A stretch of 64,000 nucleotides of DNA, from contig CM022670.1 of NCBI GenBank assembly GCA_012295275.1, forward strand, positions 7,440,001-7,504,000, given 5' to 3'. A program made the translations under genes and the position numbers. Shown here in pieces: positions 1 to 35,681 of this stretch (position 1 is the stretch's first letter; every line of letters starts with the position of its first letter). This DNA is from Chrysomallon squamiferum (lineage: Eukaryota > Animalia > Mollusca). The notes beneath the pieces are model-generated. The model saw nothing but the letters and a program-made list of their open reading frames with translations, was not told the DNA's origin and ran no database searches.

Positions 1-188
1 AATTATTAATTAATCATTCATTTATTGATTTTAACTAAATTCTATATTTTTTATATTATTTTTTCAGTTATTATTTTTTTCCTCTACTTAGTTATTGGAT
101 AATCATTGTAAAACTGTTGTAGGCTCAAATCTACGTACAGACAAAGACTGATTTTATATGAATAATTTTTATTTTTATTTTATTTCAG

Positions 189-467
189 GTTGTGGTAACT
201 CTTGACAAATCCGCTGATTTCTCTAATGTGATAATTGATTCCACTGGGGCAGAGACAACGGCGTCTCGAAATCAACAAGAAACTATCAGGGTTAGTTCGT
301 CGTCTCTCTTTCTCTCTCTCTCTAAGTTTCTTTCTCTCTCAATGTATCTCTCTCTCTCTCTCTCTCTCGCTCTCTCTCTTTCTTTGTCTCTGTCTCTCGC
401 TCTCTGTGTATATCTGTCTGTCTCTCTCTCTGTATGTAGATAGTCTTTGTCTTTGTTTCTCTCTAAG

Positions 468-550
<83 letters not shown>

Positions 551-3500
551 AATGTTACTGTATCTCTTCTTATCTTGATTGTTTGTTTATTTACTTTCAA
601 TTTCAGGTGAAAGCAGGAGATGCAAGAAGCGTGTATTTCCCGATCATTCCATCACGTATTGGATACATAGACATACAGGTTTCTGGACGGACAAGAATAG
701 CTGCAGACGCTGTTAGACGACAACTTCTTGTAGAGGTATACACAAGAGTATAAACTGGGATTTTCAACAATTTAGACAGATTATATATGTAGATAGTCAG
801 ACAAAATGAAAGAGTGGAACGAATATTTAACCTGAAGAAAATCTTTGGAAAAGTATTTTAATTAAGTTTTATTTATTTCAAGCCTGAGGGTCTTCCAATG
901 GAGTACAACAGACCAGTTCTTATCGACTTGAAGACTGCAAAGAGTTTTTCTAAGACGGTCAGCATCACCTTCCCTCCTAACGTAGTTGACGGATCTCAGA
1001 GAGTGAAAATCTCCGCCATTGGTGAGTGAGAAACAGAAATTACTGAACAGCTGAAGTGTTTAGAATGCAACAGAAGACACATTGAACGATACATAATAAG
1101 TGATAAACGTTGTTTATAAGACAAACGAGTTATTTAAGTATTTGAAAAATAATACTAAAAGTAATACACGCGTTTCTTGTTTGTGATCAAAACTTTATTG
1201 TTCTCATCCCTCCACATCTTTCGAGCCGCTCTGAAAAATACCGAAGTCTTGAAACTAGAATAACTAGAACACTAAAAATAAAATAAAAAAAAAAAAAAAA
1301 ATTAAATATTAAAAACCCCCACCAAAAACTGTTAAGTTTGTAATAATAATAATTTTTTTCTTTTTCTTTCAGGTGATTTAATGGGCTCCAGCATCAGCGG
1401 ACTAGAAAACTTGTTAAAAATGCCTTACGGCTGTGGAGAACAAAACATGCTGAACTTCGCACCTACAGTTTTCGTAGTAAATTACTTGAAGGAACTCAAC
1501 CAGTTGGATGGCAGCATCCTAAGCAAAGCCATTGGATTTATGGAAATAGGTTTGAGTTATTTGTTGAATGCAGTTTCAGCGGTTGTTAACTACTGATAAA
1601 TGATGTAATATGTATGTCTGTTACTTTATTACAGTAGTCCAAAGAATGAATGTGAACATATTTAAAACATAATGAGATGTATAGGAGATATTACTGTATC
1701 ACAATGTACTGGATGTCATCTTTTTATTGTAGAATACTGAATTTGATATTTTAATGAAATATTTGGAAACCACCAGTTTAAAATGAATATTTTACCACCA
1801 TCAGAAACCATAATTTAAACAGTAATATTTTTTTATCATTTATTACTGTCACCATCACCATGACCATCATTTTATATCTCTCTCTCTGTCTCTTTCTACA
1901 TATATATATTAATTTATTTTAATTTATTTATTTCAGGGTATCAGCGAGAACTGACTTATCAACACAGAGATGGTTCTTTCAGTGCTTTTGGTGACAGTGA
2001 TCCATCTGGCAGTATGTGGTAAGTAAAAGTTGTCTGTTTCTGATTTCTTAATAGATATGTCTCAATGGATTAGCATCCATAGAAGAGACAGCTGACCCCT
2101 CAGTGGCTGCAATTGCTGACAATGTTGTATGTAGGTACGTTTTCAAACTGATTATAAGTATCTTGTCTTCAGAATCAAAATAGGAATTCGCACATATGTT
2201 TATGCATCATCTAAATATGACCAGTAAACTTTGCCACAACCCATCAAACCTTTTTATGTTTCTTTTTTGGAGACTTTGCGATTATAGGGAAAATATTAAA
2301 AATAAAAATAAAATTGTTATATTAATAACGAGACCCAGTAACTATAATGCTAAAATATTTGTATTTTAACAATTATAAATATTGTACTAATGTGTAGAGG
2401 TAAATAATTTGCCAGGTTGACAGCTTTTGTTGTGAAGACTTTCCATCAAGCGAAACCTCACATTTTCATCGACGATAAACTTCTTGTTCGAGCAATCAAA
2501 TGGATGATAGATCATCAAGACAAGAAAACCGGATCTTTCCCTGAACCTGGCCGTGTTATACACAAAGCTATGCAGGTAGGAAAATTTAACTTTGATCAAT
2601 ATATATAGATATATATATAAAAACACTGAAAATTTATTATTATTGTTATTATTATTATTATTATTATTGTTATTGTTATTTTCTATTTATTTATTTATTT
2701 ATTATTTTAGGGTGGTTCTTCATCTGGTGTATCTCTGACTGCGTTTGTACTCATTGCTCTTCTGGAGAATGACAACATTGATCCTGTAAGTAAAACTTAA
2801 TATTTATATTAATCTCTTTCCTTTTGAGTATTCACTTTAATATCGGTTTTAGAATACAAATGTGAATTCAAAAATAAATGTTTATATAACTATATATATA
2901 TCTATAATATATTTCTTTGTTTTTATTTAAATGTACTATTTTATGCCATTTATTTGTAGGATGTTAAGGATAAAGGTAAAAAACAAAATTGTTTTTGTTA
3001 TAGAATTTTATCATTTTATAATGTGCTTTTTGGTGATATTTAACTTTGAGAATATAAATTTATAAAAACATTTTATTTATGCAAATTTATTTCTCTGTGT
3101 TGGTTTTGTTGATATTTAGAGTATTTATTTTTTACTGCTCTTAGAAACTTCAGTCGGATCTGGACTCGGCCAAAGCGAAAGCTGTAGCGTACTTGGAAAA
3201 CAATTACAACAGCGCATCAAACAACTACACCCTGGCTATCACTTGCTACGCCTTGAAACTGGCTAAAAGTCCTTTGTTTTCTACAGTTTTTAACAACCTA
3301 AAGCAAAATGTTATAACAGAAGGTAAGGTCAATCAATATATTTATAATCATGTGTTTTTCAAAAGTAATTTTCATGATTTTACAACAGAAAAAGCATTTG
3401 TCACTAAGACCACAGAAACAAAGAGAGATAAAGATTTATAGGAACAGAAATAACGAGTTAAAAATAAAAAATATTTCAAATGAAAAGAGTGAGTCAAATG

Positions 3501-5836
3501 GAAATAAAGGGAACAAAATGCATCTCTTTCATTATCTAAAGCAATAAGGGGACATCAGTCACTTTTACCGCAAATAAAATTATCACTCTTTGTTTATACA
3601 TGTGGAAAGCAAGTTTCGTTTGAACTAGTAATCGAAGTATTTAAATTAAACTATGATGCTGTATGCTGTCGTTTCTCAATGATGTTTTCTTGTAGGCGGC
3701 CTCAAACACTGGCATGATGTCGACACCACTACCGTCTCCACATCCTTCTGGCATCCACCACATCAGTCGAAGGCTCGGGACATTGAGATGACGTCATATG
3801 CTCTGTTGGTGTACGCTGAACTGAACGACATCACCGGCGGCCTTGATGTCATGAAGTGGGTGATTGCACAAAGGAATCCACATGGTGGGTTCGCATCCAC
3901 CCAGGTATCCACATTAATATTTTTTTTTTTTTTTTTATGTAAGGGAGAGAAAGACGGAATTTTATTTTGTTTCGAATATTGTTTTCTCTTTATTGAAAAG
4001 GATTTTTAAAATTTTATTAAGTAAACATTATAAGTACATTTTTAGTTAAAATCGTTAAAATTTAAATTTCTCGTCTGTTATTTTTGTTTCACGTCATTGA
4101 CTTCTAATCTCTTTCACTTTAAAGCGTACGTTCAGTGGTTCAGTTTTACTGCGGTAAAAGAGACTACCAGAATTAATGTTTTTTTACATTTCTTACTAAT
4201 TTTTTATATTTTGTATTATTAATCTGAACTTAGTCCAATTACACAGTTTTCAATTCATATTATTATAGTTCACATATACAATACTTTACTTTTAATAAAT
4301 TATCATAATGAAAGAATGAAGCCTTAAGTCCTAAAACTATTTTATATTATAAAACAGGACACAGTGGTAGCGTTGCAAGCTCTGTCGAAATTCGCTAGTA
4401 AAGTTTATTCGCCAACATTTCAAGTGCAGATTAACATACAGGCTGGAAGCTTCGTGCATAGTTTCACAGTTAACAAACAGAACGCACTCATTCTGCAGAG
4501 GGCAGAAGTAAGTATAACTAATTTAAGTTTTATATTTAACACGTCAGTTATATATACAACAGAGACAAGGAATGAGATGTACATATGCATGTTTGAGTGA
4601 GTGTGTGTATATATATAAGAAATAATAAAGTATATAAAAAAAAATTATTCATATATTATGTATAAATATTGTTGTAACCTGTGTTGTATAAATAAATATA
4701 ACTAATTTATTTGTTTATTGTATTTTTAAAGCTGCCGTCTATTCCTAACGATGTTCAGATATCAGCGACTGGAAGTGGCATGGCGCTTGTTGATGTAAGT
4801 AACATTCTGTGAATTGTTTTAAAATAATGTGTCTGTGTGTATGTGAGACAGATGGGGAGGAAGAGAGAGAGGGAGGAGTGAAATAGATAGAGAGACAAAG
4901 AGAGACAGAGACAGAGAAAAAAAGAGAACTAGAGAGAGAGAGCGGAGACAGAGAGTGTATGTGTGTGATAAAGATATGGAGGGAGAGAGAAATTGTTAGA
5001 TAGACAGTGACAGAAAAAGAAAGTGAGAGGGAGAGAGACAGTGAGAGAGAGAGACCGAAAGAAAGAAACAAAACTTTATTTTTTATAATGTTCTTAAAAC
5101 TGGGAACAATTTATTTTGAAACTAATTTTATTTTAATTTCATGTTTCAGGTTTCAGTTTTCTTTAATGTGATGGCTGAAGTCGAACAACCGTCATTTGAC
5201 TTAAACGTGAAAATCGAAACCGAATCAGTTAAAATGTTGAAGATTCGTGTGTGTGCACGGTACGATTTCAACTCGTCTGTTTAAATTTGATACAGTAAAA
5301 TGTTATGATTTTGTGTATGTATGCTTGTGTATGTATCTGTGACTGCAGATGTGCTTGAGTATATTCATATATTTCACTGCTGTTCGGCCAGATCATGTGT
5401 ATCCAGCAACCAGATCAGTCATTATTGTATTAATATCAAATAACATAAACAAATAACAAGATACGACGTTACAAAACTGTTTCATTACTTATTTAAGAAA
5501 TTAATAGAAAAAAGGTTTGTAAAAAGAAAAAAACGTTACTTACAGTTAAATTACAGTACAAAATAATTTCATCTTACTTGTTCAGGTGGCTAAAGGAAGG
5601 AACTAGTGGAATGGCTGTGGAGGAAATTGGTGTACCGTCTGGTTTCTCCGCTGATAAAACGAGTATAGGAAAAGTAGAATTTCTAAAGAGAATCGAAACA
5701 GCCGATAAGAAGATTACCTTGTATTTTGATGAGGTATGAAAATATAAACATTTTTAATAACCTTTAAGTGATTACAATTTTTTTCTATACATTAAAAATT
5801 AATCTCAGTAAACATAATTTTATTATTTCCGCAAAG

Positions 5837-5878
<42 letters not shown>

Positions 5879-6396
5879 CTTTAAATGCGATTAAATTTAG
5901 ACTATTTTTAACGTTTTAACACATCGATAATTTCGAAAAATTTTAAGTGTTCGATTACATCGATCCTTCACGATAATGTTACCAGTCCTCTCTTTCAGAG
6001 GTCAAACTGTGGCCGCTGGATGAGGGAAGTTGTTAATAGTTCTCATATTTCCGTGATGCCCGTGCAGTCTCAAAATAGTCATTTATGGTCAGGAAAGTTA
6101 ATCGACAAAATTTTGTTTGTGTTGTTACCATTAAGAATTTCTAATATGTGGTTTCTCTGCGTTTCACTAAACGTAGGATATGATGAATGTGATAATACAT
6201 CTTTTTATCTCTTTTGTTTTCTAAAATTCACTTCGAATGTGGTCTGAACATTTGTACTGATAAATTATGTACATTGACATATTTGATGTCTCGTATGCCT
6301 CGTTGCCAAATCTGAGTTTCAGAGCTGAGTATTTCAGTCTCTCGTCACAGTGTTGTCATTAACACTGAAATGTTATAAAGCTTTCTTAGTAAATAC

Positions 6397-6484
<88 letters not shown>

Positions 6485-7207
6485 GCTACTACTACTACTA
6501 CTACTATTACTACTACTATTACTACTACTACTACTACTATTGCTCTTTAAAGTCACAACGTAAAACAGATAGAAAAACTAAGTTTGACGTGTATTTCAGA
6601 TTGGACGTACAGCTACTTGTCTAAGTGTTGAACTTCATCGTACAGGACTTGTAGCCAAATCTCAGCCTGCTCCTGTCAAAGTCTACGACTATTATGAGCC
6701 AAGTGAGTTTTTTATTTATATTATTTTATTTTATTTCATCTATTTCATGATTTCTTTTTGATTTTTTATTATTATTATTATTTTTTTTTTTTTTATTTTT
6801 GCTATATTTTTTAATTTTTTTTAAGTTTACAGTTAATTAGCAATATATTCAAAGATATCTTTATGGGTAATTTCATTCAGTCGCTAGTCTGTTTGAAACT
6901 ACATTTGAAAGAAACCGTAATCAATCATTTAAGCCATTTTCCTCCAATCAAGCATAGATATTTCACGTGGCACCACTGAATTAAGAATTAATTGGATAAT
7001 ATATAATATAAATCAAGTATTTCAAACGTTAGAGAACCATTATTTTAAAAACTGATAAATAATGGGTTTTTCCTTTTTTTTTTTTTTTTTTATCCCACAG
7101 GCAACAAGGCGGTGGCGTTTTATCAGTCGACTGTTCTGAAAAACACAAAAATTTGTGATGTTTGTAAGGAGTGTCCTCAATGCAAGGTGAGAAAGAAAAG
7201 TTATAGA

Positions 7208-7238
<31 letters not shown>

Positions 7239-7724
7239 TGTTTTTATTGTTTTAACTTTACCCCACTGCTTCAGTACTAAAATATATTTCAGTAACAAAA
7301 CGATATATTTCTGTTACACACTGCAAAGAGTCTTCAAAGATTTTTAAATCATGTAACATGATTAATGATAGTAAATTTATAATTAGGATTTATTATTCTT
7401 ACTATATGAGACTGAGTTCTGTCATTACCATCAATGGAGAATAACTGTGCCATTCCTATTTATTGTATTATGTGACTTTAACACTAAACATCTAACTAAA
7501 GTAAAATCGATCTGAGGATACGAGGGATAACAGTGGAATTTAAAAACTTCACTGAGAAATAAAAAGCTGCAGATATACATTTCAGAAAGCCGTAATTGTG
7601 ATCATATTTCTAAACTGATTTTATTTGTTTGTCTGTTTGTTTATTTATTTGTTTGTTTGTTTGTTTGTTTGTTTGTTTGTTTGTTTGTTATTTAATTTGT
7701 ATTTTGTTCTTTCAGAAACCGTGA
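189..7724 (+). CDS. CD109: Thioester-containing protein (TEP/CD109-like), copy A; 3' part only (exons 22-37), 5' part lies upstream of the window
   Basis: Hand-spliced GT-AG exons: 189-290, 607-735, 883-1021, 1373-1549, 1937-2018, 2416-2575, 2711-2785, 3145-3322, 3696-3904, 4358-4507, 4732-4794, 5150-5259, 5586-5733, 6600-6702, 7101-7186, 7716-7724 (AAA CCG TGA). The frame stays open throughout. Motifs: [81 protein letters not shown]-terminal [13 protein letters not shown]. The symbol denotes family likeness, not orthology. Confidence 0.95.
1373..1549 (+). CDS. Thioester exon, copy A (GCGEQ at 1429-1443)
   Basis: [41 protein letters not shown]; bounded by ttcag / gtttga. Confidence 0.97.
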
Positions 7725-7872
7725 AGTGTTATTTTAGACGAATATGAACCGGTATCACTGCTGAGACTGTTAACATTAATATTAATTTTTTTAACGAAAA
7801 TATTGTCTTATTTTAAAATAATATGTTATTAAAAATAAAAATAAAATTCTTGTTGTTGTACTTTTCTGTGGT

Positions 7873-7953
<81 letters not shown>

Positions 7954-8151
7954 TGGAAAAAGCTAAATATTTAAAACAGCCATTTCTGAATTTTTACCTC
8001 TCCAGTTCTAATGCTTACTATAATTTATGTTTATTTGCAATAAATGTATTCATAAAATCATTATCTAAAAATCCAAAACACATTTACAAATTTTTAAACA
8101 TGTTTTCATGTTTAGCTAGTAACCCACATTACTCTGTCTGAAAAGAAATAC

Positions 8152-8320
8152 GTAGTATATAATAATAAAGATAAAGATTTAGTATATAATAATAAAGATG
8201 AACATTTAGTATATAATAATAAACATAAACATTTAGTATATAATAATAAAGAAAAATATTTAGTTTATAATAAATAAGGATAAACATTTAGTACCTAATA
8301 ATAAAGATAATCATTTAAGA
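8152..8320. repeat. 27-bp minisatellite downstream of copy A
   Basis: Unit TTTAGTATATAATAATAAAGATAAACA, about 6 copies. Confidence 0.85.
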
Positions 8321-8711
8321 AATGTATTTATTATTTAGAATAATCAATATTAAGAAAATGATCGGTGTTTGAATATAGAGCATTAGACATAAACGTTCCC
8401 GCATGTACTTTTCCGACCGCGGCCTGAAGTTCAACTTTTTATATCCTCATATGCAAAGACTATGTCCTAACCTCCAACTATGTAATATCCTGGATAGGCA
8501 CCTATATACCTACCATCACTACACACCTACAAAATAAGCAGAAAGTTAAATTTAAATGGGCGAATACGACTTTTCCTCACCTTATTCGCGTCCGTTGATC
8601 TTTCACTATCTTTAATGTCACAAAATGCCAGAGGTTCAATATAGGTACACTTCACCTAATAATAATAATAATAATAATCATAATAATACATCCATCCATC
8701 AATCATGCCAA

Positions 8712-9155
8712 TAAAAACATAAACTAAGTATGACTTACATTGTAAAACATAAACTAAGTACGTCTTAGATTGTAAAACAAAAACAAAGAACATCATATAT
8801 TATAAAACACAAAGTACGTCATATATTGTAAAAAGTAAACTAAATATGTCTCACACTGTATAACATAAATGAAATACGTCTTACAGTGAAAAATATAAAA
8901 AAAGTGCGTTATACATTTTCAAACATAAATTAAGAAACTCTTACATTGGGAAACATAAACTAAGTACGTCTTACATTATAAAGCACACAGTACGTCATAC
9001 ATTGCAAAACGTATACTAAGTATGTCTTACATTGTATAACATTGTATAGCCTAAACTGAGTACGTAATGCATTTGAAACATAAATTAAGAACATCATACA
9101 TTGTAAAACATAAACTAAGTACGTCATACATTATAAAACACTAAAAAAGTACGTT
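8712..9155. repeat. Degenerate minisatellite, unit about 30 bp
   Basis: Unit approximately CATTGTAAAACATAAACTAAGTACGTCTTA. Confidence 0.8.
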
Positions 9156-10107
9156 GCTGATATATTTTGTGTCCGTTTGTTTTGTGTTGTTTTAATGTCA
9201 TTATAGTAATCATACCAGTTTACTGCCATTGTCGTTATGCTTGGCGATGTATTACTTGGTTTTAAAAAAAATAATGATAGTAATTTATATTGACTTTACA
9301 GTGTTTTTATGTATCAGAAGTAATTTCTATGATGGATCAACTCTTGTGGTTTTATTGAGGAAGTGTGAAACTAATAAAAGACAACATTTCCCCCTCACAC
9401 TGGAAACTCAGGTCTGTCGAGCCAAATTCATGGCACAAACAGCATGAGTCAGTATCATTTGAACTACTCTAACCTGTTTGGTTTCCGCATTGTTGATTTC
9501 TTCTTCTTCTTTTTCTTTCATTCATAGTAATTACAACAACAACAACAAGAGGAATAACAACAACAGCAATAACAACAACAACAACAACAATAATAAAAAT
9601 AATAGTTTTTATCGTCGTTATTCTCAATATGATTATTAATATTTTACTTGTAAAATTATATTATGTTGCATTAGTTATCATCATCATTATTATTATTGTA
9701 GTTGTTGTTCTGATTATTATTATTATTATTATAAAAATTTTGCCAGAGAGTCCAAGAAACTAATAATTCTTTTTCATAATTGAATCAACAGCTGAAAAGA
9801 AATTAAAAACAAACTTTAATGAAAATGCGAGATACTGTTATCCGAAACCCTTTGGCTATCAATAAAATAATATTACCTGAAATGCAAAAATATATATCAT
9901 TTATTTTTTTGATTTTTATGTCTATGGCTTTTAAGAATTTGCCAAAACAAACAACAAAATAAATTTCTGCATCTATTTTACATATATTTCAAATAAAAGT
10001 AACAACATTTGACATTTATGTTATTTTTGTGGCGACTGTCGCATTCTTTTAATAGCCTGTGTGGATGGATGACAGCAACGAACAGAAAAGATAAACATGG
10101 AAAAACA

Positions 10108-10196
<89 letters not shown>

Positions 10197-11084
10197 ATTA
10201 TTAAATAAGCGGTAAGGTGTGACTGACATTAAACGTAAGTAATGATGCAAAAGTTAGAGTGCACTGAGTTGATGTTTAGGCGTCTTCACAGATCGCTGCA
10301 CTGTTAAAACAAACATTATCGTGTAGTCTAGGAGGAAACAGTCACCAAGACCAATGAAATGTCTTGTCAGCAGCTAAATAAATGACTTTAAAGTGGAGCG
10401 CACGTAAAGACATTTTTTCTGGGGTCCCCGAGGTCAGTTCTCTTCAGCTGTTAACTACCATCATTTATTTTATTTCGATGTTTGAATTAGTAATAACAAC
10501 ACCAACACGTAAGTAAGTAAAAAAAAGTAAGTGAATGTGTGAGAGAGAGAGAGAGAGTGAGTGAGTGAGTGATGAGTAAATTAGTAAATAAATAAATAAG
10601 TTTGCCACCAGATAATAAACAATGCATTCAGTTCAAAATCTGCATTCGATCAACTATATATATATATAAAATAAAAAAACAAAAAACAAAACAGGAATTG
10701 ATATGATATTTGGAAAGAAAAGTGGAGACGGAGTAGAAAAGGGAAATATACAGATTAAAAACATTGTTGAGAATTCAGGTGTCTGAAATACGCCTATCTA
10801 TTGTTTTGCAATGTATTTCGTTCGTTATTCATCGATTCATTCATTCAGTTATTCGCTGATTGATTTATCCATTCGTTTATTCATTTAATCATTAATTCCT
10901 TCATTCCTTAAGTTATAATGCCATGTACTTCGTTTCGTACAGCAGAGGAGTGGGCTATGTTAACATAGAACATTAGCTTTTTCAAAACATTTAAAATACA
11001 GTTTGACGTTAATTTGCACAATCAAAGTAGACGTTCCTAGCTGAAAGAAATTAAATAATACATTAACACACGAATAAACATTTT

Positions 11085-11569
11085 AAACTGTGACTCACCT
11101 TCAAATAAAAAGAGCATAAGACAATTAAAGTGCATTTAGAATGAATTTGAAGACAGGGACATCTTTTGTATGATTGGTTTATAATGATAATAAGATAAAG
11201 GATGGTCTCAGCTAATTTGTATTAGCATAATTATTAAAAGTCAAATTCTATTGGTTCGTGCGTTTCCTTGTGTTATCTTTACAATTTAATCTAGTGAAGC
11301 GTCAATGAGAAACTACAACACGGTGATACACTTTGTCTTTATCCTCTGTTAACAGCGAAAAAAAAAAAAAAAACGTGCATATGCATTATTTACAAAAATA
11401 TTAAAACAAGTGTCACGTTTGCCATATATATCACCATCAGTGCCAGAGATCCAGGAACACGCCCATGTTTATCACAACATCACAGACCACGCATCCGGGA
11501 CGGGTTATATAAAAAGCTGGAATCGCCGAAACGAAGTTCAGTAACAAACAAGTTGAAGTTGTGTCAACC
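11085..11569 (+). promoter_or_regulatory. Proximal promoter and 5'UTR of copy B
   Basis: TATAAAA at 11508; Inr-like TCAGT at 11538-11542 (A is 32 nt after the TATA start); TGACTCA (AP-1 consensus) at 11091-11097; ATTGG (reverse CCAAT) at 11250-11254; CACGCCC at about 11458. All have counterparts upstream of copy C. Confidence 0.75.
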
Positions 11570-32858
<21,289 letters not shown>

Positions 32859-33309
32859 TGTGTAATTTTAGGCGAATATGAAACGGTTACTCTGCTGAGA
32901 CTGTTAACATTAATATTACTTTTTATAATGAAAATACTGTCTTATTTTAAAATAATATGTTATTAAAATACAGATACCAAATTCTGGTTATTGTTGTATT
33001 TGTCTAAAGTTTATATGTGTGTGTTTGTGTATGTGTGTGGGTGTCACAAGGTGTTTAATACAGAAAGAGCAACAAAATGTAACATGAAACCTACATAAAA
33101 CAAGCATTTTCAATTAATTACCTGTCCATTTCTATTGCTTACAATAATTTATGTTTGCTTGAGAATCCTCGAATACTCAGACAAAATTTAATATTACTCA
33201 ACAGAGCTAACAGCAACACTGAAATTGTATTCAGGGGAAACAGGGGCAAATATTATCTGGTCTATTGTCAATGTTTAGCTAGAAACCCAGATTTTAGTGT
33301 CTGAAAAGA

Positions 33310-33935
33310 AGTACAAAGTATATAATAATAAGGATAAACATTTAGTATATAATAATAAGGATAAATATTTAGTACATAATAATAAGGATAAACATTTAGT
33401 ATGCAGAGGGGTGCAAAAGTAGGTATACAGTAGTATCACATCAGTGAATTTAGTAACACATTAAATTAGTTGGATTCATTTTTCTTATTTTCAGTGTCAT
33501 TAACCATATTTTATTTAAATTAATAAAAATGCATATATTTTTATGTCAGCTTTTTGAATACCTAAAGGACTAAGTCTGTGCATGTTATTACATGTTTGTG
33601 CAACATTCGTTTGTTTGAATAATAAATGCAATGAGTTCTGTACGTGTTTTCTTTTTTCATAACTGTATACCTACTTTTGCACCCCACTGTATAAAAATAA
33701 AGAAAAACATGTAGTATATAATAATGAAGAAAAACGTTTAGTATATGATAATAAGCATAAACGTATAGTATATAATAATAAGAATATACATTTAGTATAT
33801 AGTAATAAAGATAAACGTTCAGTATATAATAATAATACAGATAAGCATTCAGTACATAGTGATAAAGATAAACATTTAGCATATAAAAATAAAAATAAAC
33901 ATTTAGTATAAAATAATAAGGATAAATATTACATT
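33310..33935. repeat. 27-bp minisatellite downstream of copy B, interrupted by a MITE
   Basis: Same unit as 8152-8320, at the homologous position, with more copies. Confidence 0.85.
33404..33689. mobile_element. Tc1/mariner-type MITE (286 bp) nested in a 27-bp minisatellite
   Basis: TIRs CAGAGGGGTGCAAAAGTAGGTATACAG / CTGTATACCTACTTTTGCACCCCACTG followed by TA. Confidence 0.85.
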
Positions 33936-34336
33936 TAATTTAAGAAATATATTTATTATTTAGAATAATCAATATTATGAAAAAGAAATAGTTTTAAAAC
34001 GTCTTACTGAATTTGTTACGAGTGTATATCTATATGATTATTCACAGCCCTTCCTTATATCGGCAAAGTTTTTGTAGACAGTATATATTATATTATTTTC
34101 TTATTTAAATCTCCAGATTTAAACTCGTTTATATTGTGTCCGGAATATAAACAGTTCAACGAGTTATAGATAGATAGAGAGATACATAAATACTCTGAGC
34201 AACTGTTCTGCAAAACATTCTTTAAAACAAATAGAATACAATTCACTGTATATTATTTTTATTAACTTATTATTTTTCTTCTTCTTTTTCTTAAATTATT
34301 ATATGTTATATATTTATTTATTAATTTATCATTCTT

Positions 34337-34396
<60 letters not shown>

Positions 34397-35254
34397 AAAA
34401 ATATTCTACATCATCTAACATGTATGTTAATAGAGACTGCTTATACAGATGTTATTTTTTGCTTTAAATGTTTGCCCGCCTTTTATCTTCTAATTGCAAA
34501 TAGATTATTTTAAAATTAAAAAGATGCGCCTGATAAAAACTAATAAAATATTTTTCACTGTAGGTGATAAAATTTATTGTTGATTTGTTTATTTTAGGAA
34601 TGGCTGTTATTTTATTTTTGCTAATGATCATCGTTACAATGCGTACTGGCTTTGGGATGAAACGGAGCTATGTCAAAAAATATTCTTTTATTAATACATA
34701 TTTCTTTTTTTCATTAAAATGTATTTGAGATTCAATAAAGCATAAAAAAAATATATAAATAATTAATTTATAATTTATGATGATATCCTGTTTTACCAGT
34801 TAGGTGTTTTTTTAGTGCAGGTCAGTTCAATCTGTTTGACTTAGACGTGACGATTCACACGATCCATCTTCCTCGGCACTCCAGGCATCCATACTTTAAC
34901 CTTTATCATCAGCATCACCAGTTAGTTTTATCTGCATAGATTATTATTATTAGGAAGTGCTTTAAACAATATTCGCAATATTCGCCTCTGCGTCAAATAT
35001 AATAAACCTAATTACGTATTAATGGAAGAAAAATATTAGGATAAGAGTTGCGGTATGAGGTTTCAAAACTATTAATTGTTGCAGCCAGACTTACCGGTTT
35101 TCATAGACTTTCTGGATATACAAGTTATACCTGCTCAGAGAAACCCAAGCATGTAGCCCTCCCTTAAAAAAAAAATACACACAAAAAAAAAAACACCAAA
35201 AGACATAACATAAAAAAACAAAAAACAACAACGTAGAATAAGTCACGGATTGCC

Positions 35255-35560
35255 GTAATAACATACATCTTACAATAAAAACAACAACGTGCATCTGAGA
35301 GTACAATAATAAACAACACAAATCTTACAGTGTAATAGTAAACAACATAAGTCTTACAACGTAATAATAACAACATATGTCTTATAGTGTAATAATAAAC
35401 AGCATACGTCTTATAGCGTAATAATAAACAATATACGTCTTACAGTGTAATAATAAACAACAAATATCTTATAGTACAATAATAAACATCATAAATAGAT
35501 AGGTAATAATAAACAACAAACATCTTATAGTACAATAATAAACATCATAAATAGATAGAT
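35255..35560. repeat. Degenerate minisatellite, unit about 29 bp
   Basis: Unit approximately CTTACAGTGTAATAATAAACAACATACGT. Confidence 0.75.
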
Positions 35561-35681
35561 ATCAGACAAGAGAGCAAAAGGGAAAGATCAGACAGAGCCA
35601 GAATGTGCAAGAAAAAGAGAACGGGAGTGATCTGAATGAGAGAGGGTGTGTGATAGAAAGAACGAAAGACAGAACGATATA

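Noticed and set aside
235-753. Numerous SLSLSL / ERERER / HTHT / IIII ORFs throughout the window
   Set aside because: Microsatellite translations; only the embedded TEP exons are real.
6178-6250. C/D-box snoRNA-like segment (ATGATGA...CTGA) in intron 34
   Set aside because: The D box reads CTCA in copies B and C, there is no terminal stem, and no rRNA guide was recognisable; an Infernal or snoscan search would be needed to revive it.
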